A stretch of DNA of 63,159 nucleotides, counting the filler, from Octopus bimaculoides (Eukaryota): assembly GCF_001194135.2 (NCBI RefSeq). It is 5 parts of 5 records of this genome, joined end to end, with 100 filler letters (N's around TTAATTAATTAA, not from the genome) between each part and the next. Parts side by side here need not be neighbours in the genome. Positions count along the whole stretch, not along the records: positions 1 to 22,305 come from NC_068988.1; positions 22,406 to 38,268 come from NC_069008.1; 3 more parts are not named here. The stretch is one strand, 5' to 3'. The translations under genes and the position numbers were made by a program. Under the pieces are notes generated by a model. It worked only from the letters and a program-made list of their open reading frames with translations, ran no database searches and was not told where the DNA came from. This document shows, piece by piece, positions 12,396 to 25,787 of this stretch. Every line of letters starts with the position of its first letter. The stretch's first letter is position 1.

Positions 12396-13124
12396 ACACA
12401 CACATCTATATTATTATGAAAAATATGATTATTTTAGGTATGTTACAGTTAGTAAAAGTTACTAAACAGTTACTAATTATTAAAGAAAGTAATTATTAAA
12501 CGCTTTGACCGTCTGGAAACACTTTTTATAAATTCATGTTCCTGTAATTTCGATTTCTGAAGGCTATTGAATATTTGAACTATAAGTTTTTCACAAGTTT
12601 AATTATTCGTTGCATTCACTGCAGGGTAGCTTTTAATAAACAATATTAATTCCTTGAAGGCGAAATTTTCCGTTTTCATTTGCAAATTCCCCTCACTCTA
12701 TCTCGACCCCATATTCATTAATCATAATTTCATATATATTCAGTTCAGCGTTTTTATTTGAAGCTTTAATTCGCTCTTTGCAAAACCCACAGTTTATTCC
12801 ATATACGTAATGTAAACAAAATATTTATTGAATGAATGGATTCTATTATACAAAATAGCTGCATAATTTTGAGGCTTAATTTTGATAAAACGAAGATTTT
12901 TTAATAAACAGGTGTCATAAAACAAAAAGGAAAGAAATTAAATAATTATGTTTGAAACACTATAAGCCTTAAAATAATAACTATTTGATCGCTGGTGTAT
13001 ATATGAGTATGTATATANNNNNNNNNNNNNNNNNNNNNNNNNNNNNNNNNNNNNNNNNNNNNNNNNNNNNNNNNNNNNNNNNNNNNNNNNNNNNNNNNNN
13101 NNNNNNNATATATATATATATATA

Positions 13125-13260
13125 TATATATAACCAAAAGATGACGAAAGGTGTATGAACAACAAGCAAGTGTATTAGTTTGATGCTCGGGAAAAATGAA
13201 CAAGTGTTTTACGTATCAAGCCTACGCTTTTCAAAAGAAAGAAGAAAAAATAAACTGAGA
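13125..13260 (-). mobile_element. Penelope-like 3' tail fragment
   Basis: Reverse complement resembles the tails at 23030 and 54410 (GAAAAGCGTAGGCTTGATACGTAAAACAC...). Confidence 0.55.
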
Positions 13261-14016
13261 GAATGAAAAAAACTTGTAGATTTCAGCAGTCCAACATGGT
13301 GGATATATATGCATGTATGGATGCATTATTGTATGCATGTATGTTTGTATTTGTATCCCAATCCTTACCTTGGAGAGAAAACTTGTTCGCTAAAATAACA
13401 CTGTTCTTGGACATCCGTGTGTAGGAAAATCGACATTCTCAGAATTGAGTATCAAAGACCCCAGTAGTTCTTAAATCCGCAAAGAAGTATGCTATTGATG
13501 TACATAATCTTTGCAAAAAAAATATACGTCATCGATTACGTTTTGTGAATGATTAATATGGCATCATTGAACATGATGGATAATGCGAAACTGTTTGAAT
13601 ATAACGTCGTTTAAATTACCAAATAACCAAACAATAATAATATAATTCATAAAAAAAGACAACCTAAGTCAATCACTTAATGAAACGACCTTTTCTAGTT
13701 ATTTCTTTTTAATCTACAAAATAGCATTTGTTTAAATCAATTTCTGAAACTTGCTAAATCAGCAGCCCGAGCTTGTGACATGTTAAACCTAAAAAGTGTC
13801 TTTTAATATGTTTGATTTTGCTAAGAGATATTTCTGTTGATATAACTCTCGTTGAAATTGACCATAGTATTCTCCGACAAACACAAATATTATGAAATAT
13901 CTCTCAAAGTTTGTCATCAGTTAATGCTTTCAGATAGTCTAAAAGATTTAGTTTCGGTTTTCAAAAAAAAAAAAAAAAAAATTCAAGTACTGGTGATATT
14001 TGTTACATTTATGTGG

Positions 14017-14217
14017 CAAAAATCTTCCAACAAGGATTGGTGTGGAAGCCGTATAAGTTTTGCTTTCTAATTTTCGAATATTGTGAACAATATATCTAGC
14101 AAAAATCTTAGCAATATATCTGTTGCAAAAATCTTCCAGCAATAAGGACGATACGATTGGTGTGGAAGCCGTATAAATTTTGCTTTCTAATTTTCGAATA
14201 TTGTGAGCAATATATCT
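14017..14217. repeat. Near-tandem direct duplication (~85-bp core repeated with a 109-bp offset)
   Basis: GATTGGTGTGGAAGCCGTATAA.TTTTGCTTTCTAATTTTCGAATATTGTGA.CAATATATCT occurs twice. Confidence 0.9.
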
Positions 14218-15733
14218 GAAACGGGACATCTAGCATGACTTGTATTAAAACACCATTTTAGTCACGGGAATTTCGGAAGAACCATGGTAGAAGATTCATA
14301 TCTTTATGGTATTTATTCTTTCAATCTTTTATTCTTCTTATTGGTGTTAGCCAGAGGATGGCGCCATGCTGGAGCACCGCCTTTCGGTGATTTTGAATCT
14401 GCATTATGTACTGCCTTTGGTGAAGAAACGGGTTGGAGGGAGCTGCACTTTTCTGCGTCTCCTACCAGGATGTGTATTCATCTGGCATTTCAGACATAAA
14501 TTTATCCAAGTGCGTTTTGAAATCTCACATGGGTGAGCCTGGCCCTTCATCTACACACAAGGATCGATAAATAAAGTACCAGTTCCTTCTATATTAACGT
14601 TGATGCTTTTGTTCCCATAAATTTTTCTCTCGACATTTTTCTCACCTTCTGGAAGAAATTGACTCTGGACACTGATCAGAGATGATAAAAAATGGCCTCC
14701 GTTATATGTTACGCCAGCGCGCCTACGATTCCACAGAGACTACGGGCCTATGGCATTACATGATATGGTAGCGAGTGATGTTAGCCTGTCATTATTTAAT
14801 GAGTATTAATTATGTTATGCCAGTTATAATTAGGTTCTGACATAATTATAACTGATATAATTAAGTTCCTGATTATAAAATCGTTTCAAATAAAATAAAA
14901 TATATTTATTGTGAAACATCGTTTCATTTTAGCATCTTTTGTTGATGCTGTTGCTTTGTTCATTAATTATTTCTCTTGCATGCAAATGTTTCGACATAAT
15001 GAAGACTAAATATAACACAAGAAAGTGAACAAAGAATGATAACTTGGTTGGATACAAGAATTACGAAAAATGTAAATATATAAAATACAATTTTGTATGA
15101 CTAGATGCAAAAAATATAAAAGAAACAGAAGAAATGAAATTCACATTAGTTCCAAGAAGAAAGAACGGATTATCAAAGAAGCAGAGAATCTAAGAATGTA
15201 AAATCAATATCAGTAGAAAAGTATGAAATGAACACGAAAAATAAGGATATAGCAACACCAGGAGTAAATATGCTTTTTTGTATATTTAGGTTTTGTTAAT
15301 GTGGAAGAAGAGGTACCATACCTTGTACAGAATTCAGATATCGATGCAAGAAATATTCGAATGCAAAACAAACTGACATCATCATCTTCATCATCGTCGT
15401 CGTCATCATCATAATCATCGTTTTCATCGTCGTCATCATCATAATCCTAATCATCGTTATCATCATCATCATCACTATCATCACCACCACCACCAGCAAA
15501 ACCACGACCATCACAGCCACCACCAACAAAATCACAAAAAAACTACCAATATCATTTGCCATCACCACTGCCGTCGTCGTCATCATCATCATCATAATCA
15601 CCATCATTATCATCACCATCATCATTGTTATTATTGATTATATTTCACGTCAGCTGTAGAAGATTTATCTACAAGTGGCTTCAAAATTCTTGACTTTCGG
15701 TTTTTGAGTTGCGATTAGTTTCTGCTTCTTCTC

Positions 15734-15787
<54 letters not shown>

Positions 15788-16073
15788 TATATATATATAC
15801 ATATATATACATATATNNNNNNNNNNNNNNNNNNNNNNNNNNNNNNNNNNNNNNNNNNNNNNNNNNNNNNNNNNNNNNNNNNNNNNNNNNNNNNNNNNNN
15901 NNNNNNNNNNNNNNNNNNNNNNNNNNNNNNNNNNNNNNNNNNNNNNNNNNNNNNNNNNNNNNNNNNNNNNNNNNNNNNNNNNNNNNNNNNNNNNNNNNNN
16001 NNNNNNNNNNNNNNNNNNNTATATATATATATATATATGCACACACACACACATATATATATATATGTATGTC

Positions 16074-16107
<34 letters not shown>

Positions 16108-16164
16108 TATGCATATATCCGTATACATAAATATGCATACACATACACACACACGCATACACAT

Positions 16165-16208
<44 letters not shown>

Positions 16209-18019
16209 CACACATATATATATACATACATATATATATATATAGACACACACACATACACACATACACATACATATATATATTTAACATATTCTATTGT
16301 TCAGAATCAGTGGAGTCTGAAATCGTGTGTTCACATACATGCACTTTACTAATAATATGAAAGACAATGTTCTCGATTTCGCTCCATAGCCATGACTTTT
16401 TATGTGCCCAGAATGTTTCTCAATACATTCGAATGACTTTAATCATAATCGACCTGACAGTTTTATATATATGAAATATAGTTTTCAAAGGAGAGTTCTT
16501 CTAAGATTTCCCCTTCAGTGCTCTTTACGTGGAGATTACACCATAGCAAGAATCAGAAAGCACCTTCAAAAAGGACTTATGTAATTCATGGTTAGATTTG
16601 TCAATCTAACTGAAATTTCCATAGGTACAGCCAGTATATTTATTTGTATAATTGAAGAGATGAATATCGAAGTTAATCGAAACTGTCAAATTTGTACTCG
16701 AAACGTTTGTATTTGATACATCTTAATACTTTGTTTCCAATCTCCTGCAACTAGCAACAAATTGTTCTAATGTTCTGTTTGTTTCTGTTAAAAATAATAC
16801 GTAGATGACAGGCATGAATTACTTTTTAATGCCAGTACAGCAATCAACTCCATACTTTACTTATGTTACCGTTTAAACTTATAATTGGTTACTCAACGTG
16901 ATAGAAAAAGCAGACAGATTTCTTTCCGTAGACATCATCACATCTTAAATAAACAAAGAATACTTTATTTAAGACGATTAGTTAAATATTATATCGAGAC
17001 TAGAACATCTTTGATAGCAAGTCTGCTCGATGAAAGCTGGCCTGGGGATAAAAAAATGATGCTTTAATACCAGAATGTCAGGAACGATTACAAGAGTTGT
17101 CAAAAATCTTAACCAGCTCATTAACAAAACATTACATATAATTTTATAACACGCACACAATTTTATAGTTTCTTGCTTTATTCTCTTGTAGTTTCATACA
17201 TTATTATAAAGTATTGACATCCTTCGCGTTACAGAAGTGTTGCATGCTTGAAAATTATACAGTAGTGTGAATAGCGTAACTTCAAATCTATTTTCTGATT
17301 GATTTACAGTTACCTGTTTAGACTATGTTTGTTGTGAGGTGGATACAGAACAAATGACTAGAACAGTAGTATAAATTACTGGTGCAATATATAGAATTCC
17401 CACAATACCGCAATGGTTGTCGAAGAATAGAAATAACATTTTAGTGATAATTTAGTTCCAAAATAGCGATGAAGCTAATTCTAGAAATGTCTGAATAATC
17501 TATTCTACTTCATTAAAAATTGTAGTATATAATCTCCTGCTAATATGCTTTCTACTAATTAATGTTCGTTTGTAGTTCATATAGAACATAGTTTAATATA
17601 CCTAGTACTTCGAATACGATTTATATATTTTGGGATGTAACTAATATGCAATATAATGTTTCTTGTGTGTAATGAACAAAACATAGGAACGACTAATTTC
17701 TATTGTCAATTTGTTTCATAAACATGTCTACATATTGGCTCTAAAGTTAATCAACTACAGCACATTGTGAAACATTGATGACATCAAGTATTGCTATATT
17801 TTATTCTATATATACCTAACTATTTCGTAATTTACTCATACTTTATTTTCGCAATTATTCATACGTGTGTAATTTAGAGTCTAATATATTTATAGTGCGT
17901 GTATACAGTATTCGAGTTTCAATATGTTGTGTGGACAATAGTACATAGAACTGGCTTGTCAGTTGTATAGGGTGTTTCCTGAGTAAGCCCAGTGGCGTCG
18001 GCAATTGTGTGATGTGTGG

Positions 18020-19110
18020 TAAGTTGGTTGATCAATTGTTTATAAAGGTACATGAACAATAGTATAGACATATTTGAACAGTGGTATGCACAGAAAATTG
18101 CCTAATCAGTGGTATAAACAATTGTGTCATCAATAGATCGAACAGTTGCCTGATCTGTAGTATGAGCATTTGCCTGAATAATGGTACAGACAATTACCTG
18201 ATGAAGTGGACAGCTGTCTGATCAGTGAGTGGCATAGTAAATTGCTTGAATGGTGGTGTAGACAACTACCTTATTAGTGATAGTACTCTAATGAGGTATA
18301 TACAGACAGTTGCCGAAAAAGTGGCAAACAACAGTTACTCTCTTAGTAGAACAAATTATTGTCTGATGAGTAGTGTAGAAGACTGCATGATCAATGGTTT
18401 AGAGAGGTTTCTGATGAGTAGTACTGACAGTTTCCCGATTAGAGCTGTAGGCAGCTGTCGGGTTTGTGGTATTGACAGCTTTCTGATCAGGTCGTAAACT
18501 GCTGCTTAATCTGTGGAATAATCAGACAGATGCCTAACCCATATTATAGACAGTTGCCTATGAGTCGTAGGGGCAACTGCATAACTGTATGATCAGTGGG
18601 ATAGACAGATAATTGGTTGATCAGTATTATTGATAATTTCCGAAGTGTAGTTTAGATAGTTGCATGATCAGTGATAAAGAAAGTAGTTGCCTGATCAATA
18701 GTGCAAGCAGCTGCTTGATCAACTGTATAAAATTGCCCGACTGGTGGTATACAGAAAGAATTGTTTTATCAGAGCTATTGACAGACAGTTACTTAAACAA
18801 TGGTATACCATTTGCCTGATCTGTGATATAAATAATTGCGTTCTCTAATCTCTTATATAGATAAATGGGCAGTGATATTAACAGTTGTTTGATTAGTAAT
18901 AGAAACTTATTTGAACAATCGCACAGATAATCTCTTGATCGAATGTATTCAGACAATTTATTGAACAGTTGTAGAGACAATTGGTTGATCAATGTTATAG
19001 ACAGATGTCTGATCAGTAATATAGGCAATTACCCGGTAATGGTCAGTGGTATAGCTTGTTGGCTGGTTAAAGGCATAGGCAGTAAATAGTTACCGGCCAG
19101 TTCACTGAAT
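18020..19110. repeat. Highly degenerate 24-bp minisatellite (consensus ~GACAGTTGCCTGATCAGTGGTATA), roughly 40-45 units
   Basis: Recurrent GACAGTTGCC/TGATCAG/GGTATA motifs at about 24-bp spacing. Confidence 0.85.
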
Positions 19111-20158
19111 GTGTTGTATTCATTTCTCGAGAACGCATAGTAGGACGGATAATTATATTCTCCCGTTTTTAGTTTGTGTATTTACCGAAATTTTGAACAT
19201 TTGAAAATATCCAATACATTAATACTTTTTAGGAGGGATACTTTCTAGAGCTTAAACCATCTGTCAACCACAGAGACAGTGAGGATTGTTTAAATCCGAG
19301 AAATAACAGCTAACCGATTACTTTAAAGACGTTACACCTTATCTTTAAAAAAGAAGAGATACCGTTCAACAATGAAGTCTTTAATGCCGAATACTCGTGA
19401 TCTGGATTGAATGTTTATAGTTGAAGCACCTCTAATCTTAAGATTGTTGGATCGAGTTTGACTTGGTGCTAAATAACAACAATAAATTCAACCGAGAGTA
19501 TGCTTATTGCATATCTTGAAAATATATTGTTATAAACATAGCATAATGTCTGAGCTTTTATAAATCACACGGTTCATATAACTGAGAGGCATAGAAGAGT
19601 TGGAACAGTGACAATTCTAACTTTTAGACCAATACATCGATATTTTTTCTTATTGTGTTTCAGGCGTATTTCTATTTCTATTTCAATGTTGGCAGCAGAA
19701 AACACATCGTTCCTTCGACAAATTAGTGTCCTGAATATGGTAAAATGCACAGAAATGACAACGTAACTGGAAAATATATATATACGGACATGTAAATGCA
19801 GGCGATGTACACAGACGCATATACACAGAGATAAACACATAGACAAAAATTATTTGGAAGCTAAGAGAGACAAAAATATATATATTCATGAGTCTTTCAA
19901 AATAGCAGCACGTATTTATTGAAGATTACACACTGTATCCTAAGAAAATGGCGATCAGTGTGACGTATCTCTGTCCTCTCTGCGACCATCTTTCCCGCTC
20001 TCTCTTTCTTTCCCTTTGATGCTCTCGCAGAGACGAAGAATAAGATCTAAAATCGTTCTTTATAATAACTGAATTTATCAAACTTTTCTCTACACACATA
20101 TACATACATACATATATGCATACATACTTATTTACTTACACACTCACACGACCAATCA

Positions 20159-20159
20159 C

Positions 20160-20232
<73 letters not shown>
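20159..20232. repeat. (GATA)n microsatellite
   Basis: Direct reading. Confidence 0.98.
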
Positions 20233-20419
20233 CTGAAAGCGAAATAGCTGCCAAACATTCACAATATAGTCTTTAAATAACCTTTCCGTTCGGAGGCAAT
20301 ATATGTTGGACTACATTATCCAATCTAGTATATTTTCATATATAAGCTGCTACTTTTAGCATTTCATGCGATGCATGGATAATACCTCGAAAATTAAATA
20401 AGGAAGTTGGATTTTGTTC

Positions 20420-20459
20420 CGGTATAAAGCAGGCGTTCTACCAATTGAACTAACACTCC
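20420..20459 (-). pseudogene. tRNA-like 5' half (D-arm intact, remainder decayed)
   Basis: GGAGTGT TA GTTC AATTGGTA GAAC G CCTGC TTTATAC. The D-stem pairs; there is no T-arm or acceptor partner. Confidence 0.35.
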
Positions 20460-20917
20460 GTAAACTATATTCTCCTTGTAGGAGTACGTATTAGAATACT
20501 AGTATTTGTATGAAGTTGTAAGATCATTGATAAGAAAATTTAGTAAGCAGTTGGTTATCTTAAGGAGTGAATAGACGGACAATAAATGAATAGATTTGAA
20601 AGCAGTTGATGCAGACTTTGAGTCACACATTCTATAGCTCAAAGGAATTTCCACATAATTTAAGAACGCTTGAATTAATTAGTGTCAAAAACAAATTCGT
20701 AGCCATTTATTGTGATGTTAATAATAATCTATCTGTATTCTGTGGTTGAAATACCATGTTCTGTGCTTCAAATTATATATATTTTCATACTAATCACGCA
20801 AAACGTCTACTTTAATCGAATTCTATAATGTAGTTGATATATAACCCTTATGTTGCTTCCCTCTCTAGGTGATTTAATTACTGCAGGTCAATGTTTGCAT
20901 TCCCGTGTATACGCGTG

Positions 20918-20971
<54 letters not shown>

Positions 20972-21334
20972 AATATAAATGAATATATATATATATATGT
21001 GTATATATATNNNNNNNNNNNNNNNNNNNNNNNNNNNNNNNNNNNNNNNNNNNNNNNNNNNNNNNNNNNNNNNNNNNNNNNNNNNNNNNNNNNNNNNNNN
21101 NNNNNNNNNNNNNNNNNNNNNNNNNNNNNNNNNNNNNNNNNNNNNNNNNNNNNNNNNNNNNNNNNNNNNNNNNNNNNNNNNNNNNNNNNNNNNNNNNNNN
21201 NNNNNNNNNNNNNNNNNNNNNNNNNNNNNNNNNNNNNNNNNNNNNNNNNNNNNNNNNNNNNNNNNNNNNNNNNNNNNNNNNNNNNNNNNNNNNNNNNNNN
21301 NNNNNNNNNNNNNNNNNNTATATATATATCTAAA

Positions 21335-21370
21335 GGCGCAGGTGAATGGAAACTGAAAGAAGCCCATCGT
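21335..21370 (+). mobile_element. Internally deleted SINE family A remnant
   Basis: GGCGCAGG joined directly to TGAATGGAAACTGAAAGAAGCCC. Confidence 0.6.
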
Positions 21371-21413
21371 ATTTATATATAAATATATATATATATACAC
21401 ACACACACGCACA

Positions 21414-22296
21414 CAGTTTGCGATGGGTAAATTGTTGCCTTGTTATATTTTCAATTTCGCGCATGCGCATTGTTTCTTTCTAATTTTGACGTCTACACAT
21501 TATAGCAGAGCTAGTTGGGCACCGTCTATGAGATGAACAGCACCATGACGCAATTTACTCTGGCAGAAATTTGGAAACAACATGTATGGTATTCGGCGTC
21601 CGAAGCACCAACACGAAATTTTCAGTGTGTTTGCGTGTCACTCTGAGGACAATACTGTCTGAGAATATGTACCGAGAATGATAAAAATCAACCATCCAGT
21701 CAACATCATGGTGTTTGAAGTGATTACCAGTGATGGCGACGTTATGCCTCCATTCATCTTCCCACACGGCCTCAGACTCAACACGGAGACTTACATGAAG
21801 TGCTTGGAGGAGGTAGTGTTGCCCTCGGTCAATTGAGTGGCTGGTGGAAGACCCTGTGTCTGGCAACAGGACTCTGCACCGTGCTACACACACAAGCAGG
21901 AGAGCCTAGTCATTACTGTCAGACAATTTCTGCGACCACATCACCCCTAACATCTGGCCACCTAACTCCCCAGACTGCAACTCCCTTGTTTATTATGAGG
22001 GGGCGGCAGGTGAGCGAGAGACCAACAAAACTCCTTATAACACCAAAGATGAACTGAAAGCAAAGATTATGGCAGCATTCTCCAACTTAACAAGGAGACC
22101 GTCCAGAAGAATTGCGGTAGATTCCAACTTCGTCTGAAGGCCGTGGTTAAAGCCAATGGCGATTTTATTGAATAAATTTACTTTTTAGTATTTCAAGCTA
22201 TTTTAATGTAATTTTTGTAAGTATATCAGCTAAAATGAGATGTCGGTGGTATTTTCCGTTTTGCATAATTTGGACGACAGCTTATTTACCGCAACA
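21414..22296 (+). mobile_element. maT/DD37D-type Tc1-mariner transposon relic, internally deleted (transposase remnant 21545-22175)
   Basis: MTQFTLAEIWK start, then VNIMVFEVITSDGDVMPPFIFPHG, VWQQDSAPC, WPPNSPDCNSL(V) and KAVVKANGDFIE*. After removing a 2-nt insertion, 37 residues separate the second D from the mutated third D position. Confidence 0.92.
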
Positions 22297-22305
22297 TTTA
22301 TGTGT

Positions 22306-22405
22306 NNNNNNNNNNNNNNNNNNNNNNNNNNNNNNNNNNNNNNNNNNNNTTAATTAATTAANNNNNNNNNNNNNNNNNNNNNNNNNNNNNNNNNNNNNNN
22401 NNNNN
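22306..22405. other. Artificial 100-bp scaffold linker (44 N + TTAATTAATTAA + 44 N)
   Basis: Identical geometry at 38269-38368, 56651-56750 and 61606-61705. Confidence 0.95.
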
Positions 22406-22618
22406 AAAGACACCATTTCGAGCGTGGCCGTTTTCGTGCGGGTGACACGTAAAAGCACCCACTACACTCTCTGAGTGGTTGGCGTTAGGAAGGGCATCCA
22501 GCTGTAGAAACTCTGCCAAATTAGATTGGAGCCTGGTGTAGCCATCCGGTTGCACCAGTCCTCAGTCAAATCGTCCAAACCATGCTAGCATGGAAAGCGG
22601 ACGTTAAACGATGATGAT
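22406..22618 (+). mobile_element. RTE-clade LINE 3' UTR/tail
   Basis: GGCGTTAGGAAGGGCATCCAGCTGTAGAAAC ... GCATGGAAAGCGGACGTTAAACGATGATGAT. Confidence 0.8.
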
Positions 22619-23029
22619 ATATATGTGTGTGTTATTTGATTCTCTCTCTGAAGAATTTCTATTAGGATATTTCTTACATGTTTATCCAACATGCAGAATT
22701 TTGTAACTCCTATTGGCAAATGAAACATGTGTAATGGTGAATAAAATGATACCAAACGATTTTTCCAACTCCTTGTTTTGTTACGTAACTACTCTGCAAG
22801 CAATATTTCCAGAATTTTCAACTCTAATATGTACCACACATCAATACAGCAACAACAACAACTACATACTGGGCTGTAATAATGGAACAAGCAGATGTAC
22901 TTCAAGAGGCCATACATACATACATACATACATACATACATACATAAAAACATACATTAATACATACATACATACATACATATATATATTATGATTGACC
23001 GTTGACTGAACACTATTCAATTTTTTTTT

Positions 23030-23190
23030 CTCCGTGTTTTTCTCCTTGTCTCCGTATTCTTTCTGTTGAAGAGCGTAGCTCGAAACGTCAAAGACTTTCC
23101 GTATTCCCGAGCGTCCTACTAATATATACTTTTGTTATTTACACCACCTGTCCTCGTCTGTTGTTATTATTTGTATATTCTCCCATATAT
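23030..23190 (+). mobile_element. Penelope-like 3' tail with hammerhead motif (23058-23094)
   Basis: TCTTT CTGTTGA A GAGC-GTA-GCTC GAAAC GTC AAAGA. Helices I and II pair perfectly; the core has A6>U. Confidence 0.7.
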
Positions 23191-23259
23191 ATATATATGT
23201 GTGTATAGCAAAAGTCTAAGGTCCTGGTAAGATGTAAAGTGAGGGTGTTTACAGGGAAG

Positions 23260-23463
23260 CACTTGACCCAAATATTCTAATGAATCATATATATATATAT
23301 GATTGAATCTTCTCTGCTTGCAACACCATTTTATGTAAAAATTTGAAGTGAAAATTTACGCAACGGTTTTAGACATAAGAGAGGCACTTCATTAGACTTC
23401 CATCAAAGATTTGCTGTAGCCTGGAACGTGACAGTGTTGATAGCCCAATATTTGGGTCAAGTG
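23260..23463. mobile_element. 204-bp segment bounded by perfect 17-bp inverted repeats (candidate MITE)
   Basis: CACTTGACCCAAATATT (23260-23276) and AATATTTGGGTCAAGTG (23447-23463). No TSD seen. Confidence 0.45.
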
Positions 23464-23584
23464 ATTGAATCCCGCCCCGGCTACTAAATAATTGTCACAT
23501 ATTTTTACAGATAAATTCCTCTATTTACATAATATCAAGGTCTCTTTCTTTCTTTTGTTGTCTTTTCTATCAATATATTGGTGT

Positions 23585-24236
<652 letters not shown>

Positions 24237-24830
24237 ATGTACTGGGCAGCTCCTGTTATGAGCCAGCATGGAAAACAGCTGTTAAATGGTGACATTGATA
24301 ATTATGATATATACAGAAGGAGAGAGAGAGAGATGAAAAATGGACAGACAGACAGACAGACAGATAGATAGATAGACGTGTGTGTATGTCTGTAGTAATA
24401 TGCGTATGTGTGTGTGTAGATTTAAACATAAACACACCATCATCAAATGAGTATATATATATATATGTATATGAAGAAACTAATCAACTGATCATTCACT
24501 ATAGAAACAGCAGCTGTTAATTAGTGCCAAACCAGATTGCATGTGTTGTTCTTAATTAGCTCTGTTAATTACTAAGCTCTAATTAACTATACAACCTCGC
24601 AGCCATTATCCTTCTGCATATCTTAAACGCTTTCCTTTATTCATGGCCTGTTTGTGTGAACAATGCAAGGAAAGTCATTAGTCATCACCAGTCACTGATC
24701 AGTCAGGATGTAATTGGAGACCAATGTGGGGAGAAGGGTTAAGTGATTGGAGGGTGGTGGTGCATGTGTGTGTGCAGAAGAATGTGTGTGTGTGTGAGAA
24801 TGTGGGTATGTGCATGTGTGTGTGTGTGTG

Positions 24831-24872
<42 letters not shown>

Positions 24873-24899
24873 TATACACACACATGTATATGATGATGA

Positions 24900-25375
24900 T
24901 GGCCGTCCACCTGTGACTGAGGAAGACCATTGCTGACCTTTAGGAACATTGTGTGCTCCAGGACTAACTTATATTTTTCTTTTGCGGCTCCGTTGGTGGT
25001 TCAGGTGCCCTGCTCTTGACAAGTATACACGACTGCAAACATTGCAGACCAAGCTTTCCCCATTCACTATACAAGCCGTGCGCTTTCGTGCAACACACTT
25101 AATTTCTTCATGCAGAATAGGTGCTCTTTTAAAGGTGTCGACCCTCTCCTTAACCTGCTCCCTCCATCTGTGGTAATGACAGGCATTGCTCTCCCAGTCC
25201 ATCTCCTGCATATCACAGGCCTTTACTGAGGACTTGACACAGTCCTTAAATCGCAGCTTTGGTTTCTGCCGGGTTCTCTTTTCACTAATAAGTTCCCCAT
25301 ATAGCATCTGTTTAAAAAATTATGTCGACCAATCTGTTCTTTCCAGCAGACTAAATATGTGGAATTGTTTTTATT
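24900..25375 (-). mobile_element. RTE (BovB-like) LINE ORF C-terminus with C2H2-like finger and 3' tail
   Basis: MLYGELISEKRTRQKPKLRFKDCVK...WESNA...LVCNVCSRVYLSRAGHLNHQR, then a CATCATCAT tail. Confidence 0.88.
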
Positions 25376-25726
25376 CCATGCTATATATATCTATATATAT
25401 ATATATATATATATAATATATGTACTTATATAAGGTGTGTGTTTCTATACATGCACCCATGCAAAAATATTTATCTATTATGTGTAAACCCTTTTTATAG
25501 GATCATATTAACACACACACATGCACGCATGTATACACACACAACTGAACATGTGGAGTCGTGTATAAAATGAAGTAATTGTGTCAGTATTAATAAACCA
25601 GACTGACATATGGTCTATGGCATATTTCCTGCATGTGTGTGTGTGTATATATATATGTATGTGTGTGTGTTTGGGAGTCTCTCTTTATATATATGTATAT
25701 ATATGTGTGTGTGGAGGTATATGTGA

Positions 25727-25787
<61 letters not shown>

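Noticed and set aside
13397-13462. P-loop-like VLGHPCVGKSTF in a plus frame
   Set aside because: The frame is only about 22 codons between stops, with no splice context or other GTPase motifs. One such hit is expected by chance in six frames.
16932-17150. Protein-like text across a possible frameshift (ILNKQRILYLRR…/DALIPECQERLQELSK)
   Set aside because: Needs an assumed frameshift in a poly-A run, and no homology is recognised.
19946-19970. AAAATGGCG (YY1-like) plus TGACGT as a promoter
   Set aside because: Short motifs only, with no CpG-rich context or downstream exon evidence.
24910-24950. CTGAGGAAGACC hammerhead-like start
   Set aside because: It is the antisense of an RTE 3' tail and lacks GAAA and helix III.
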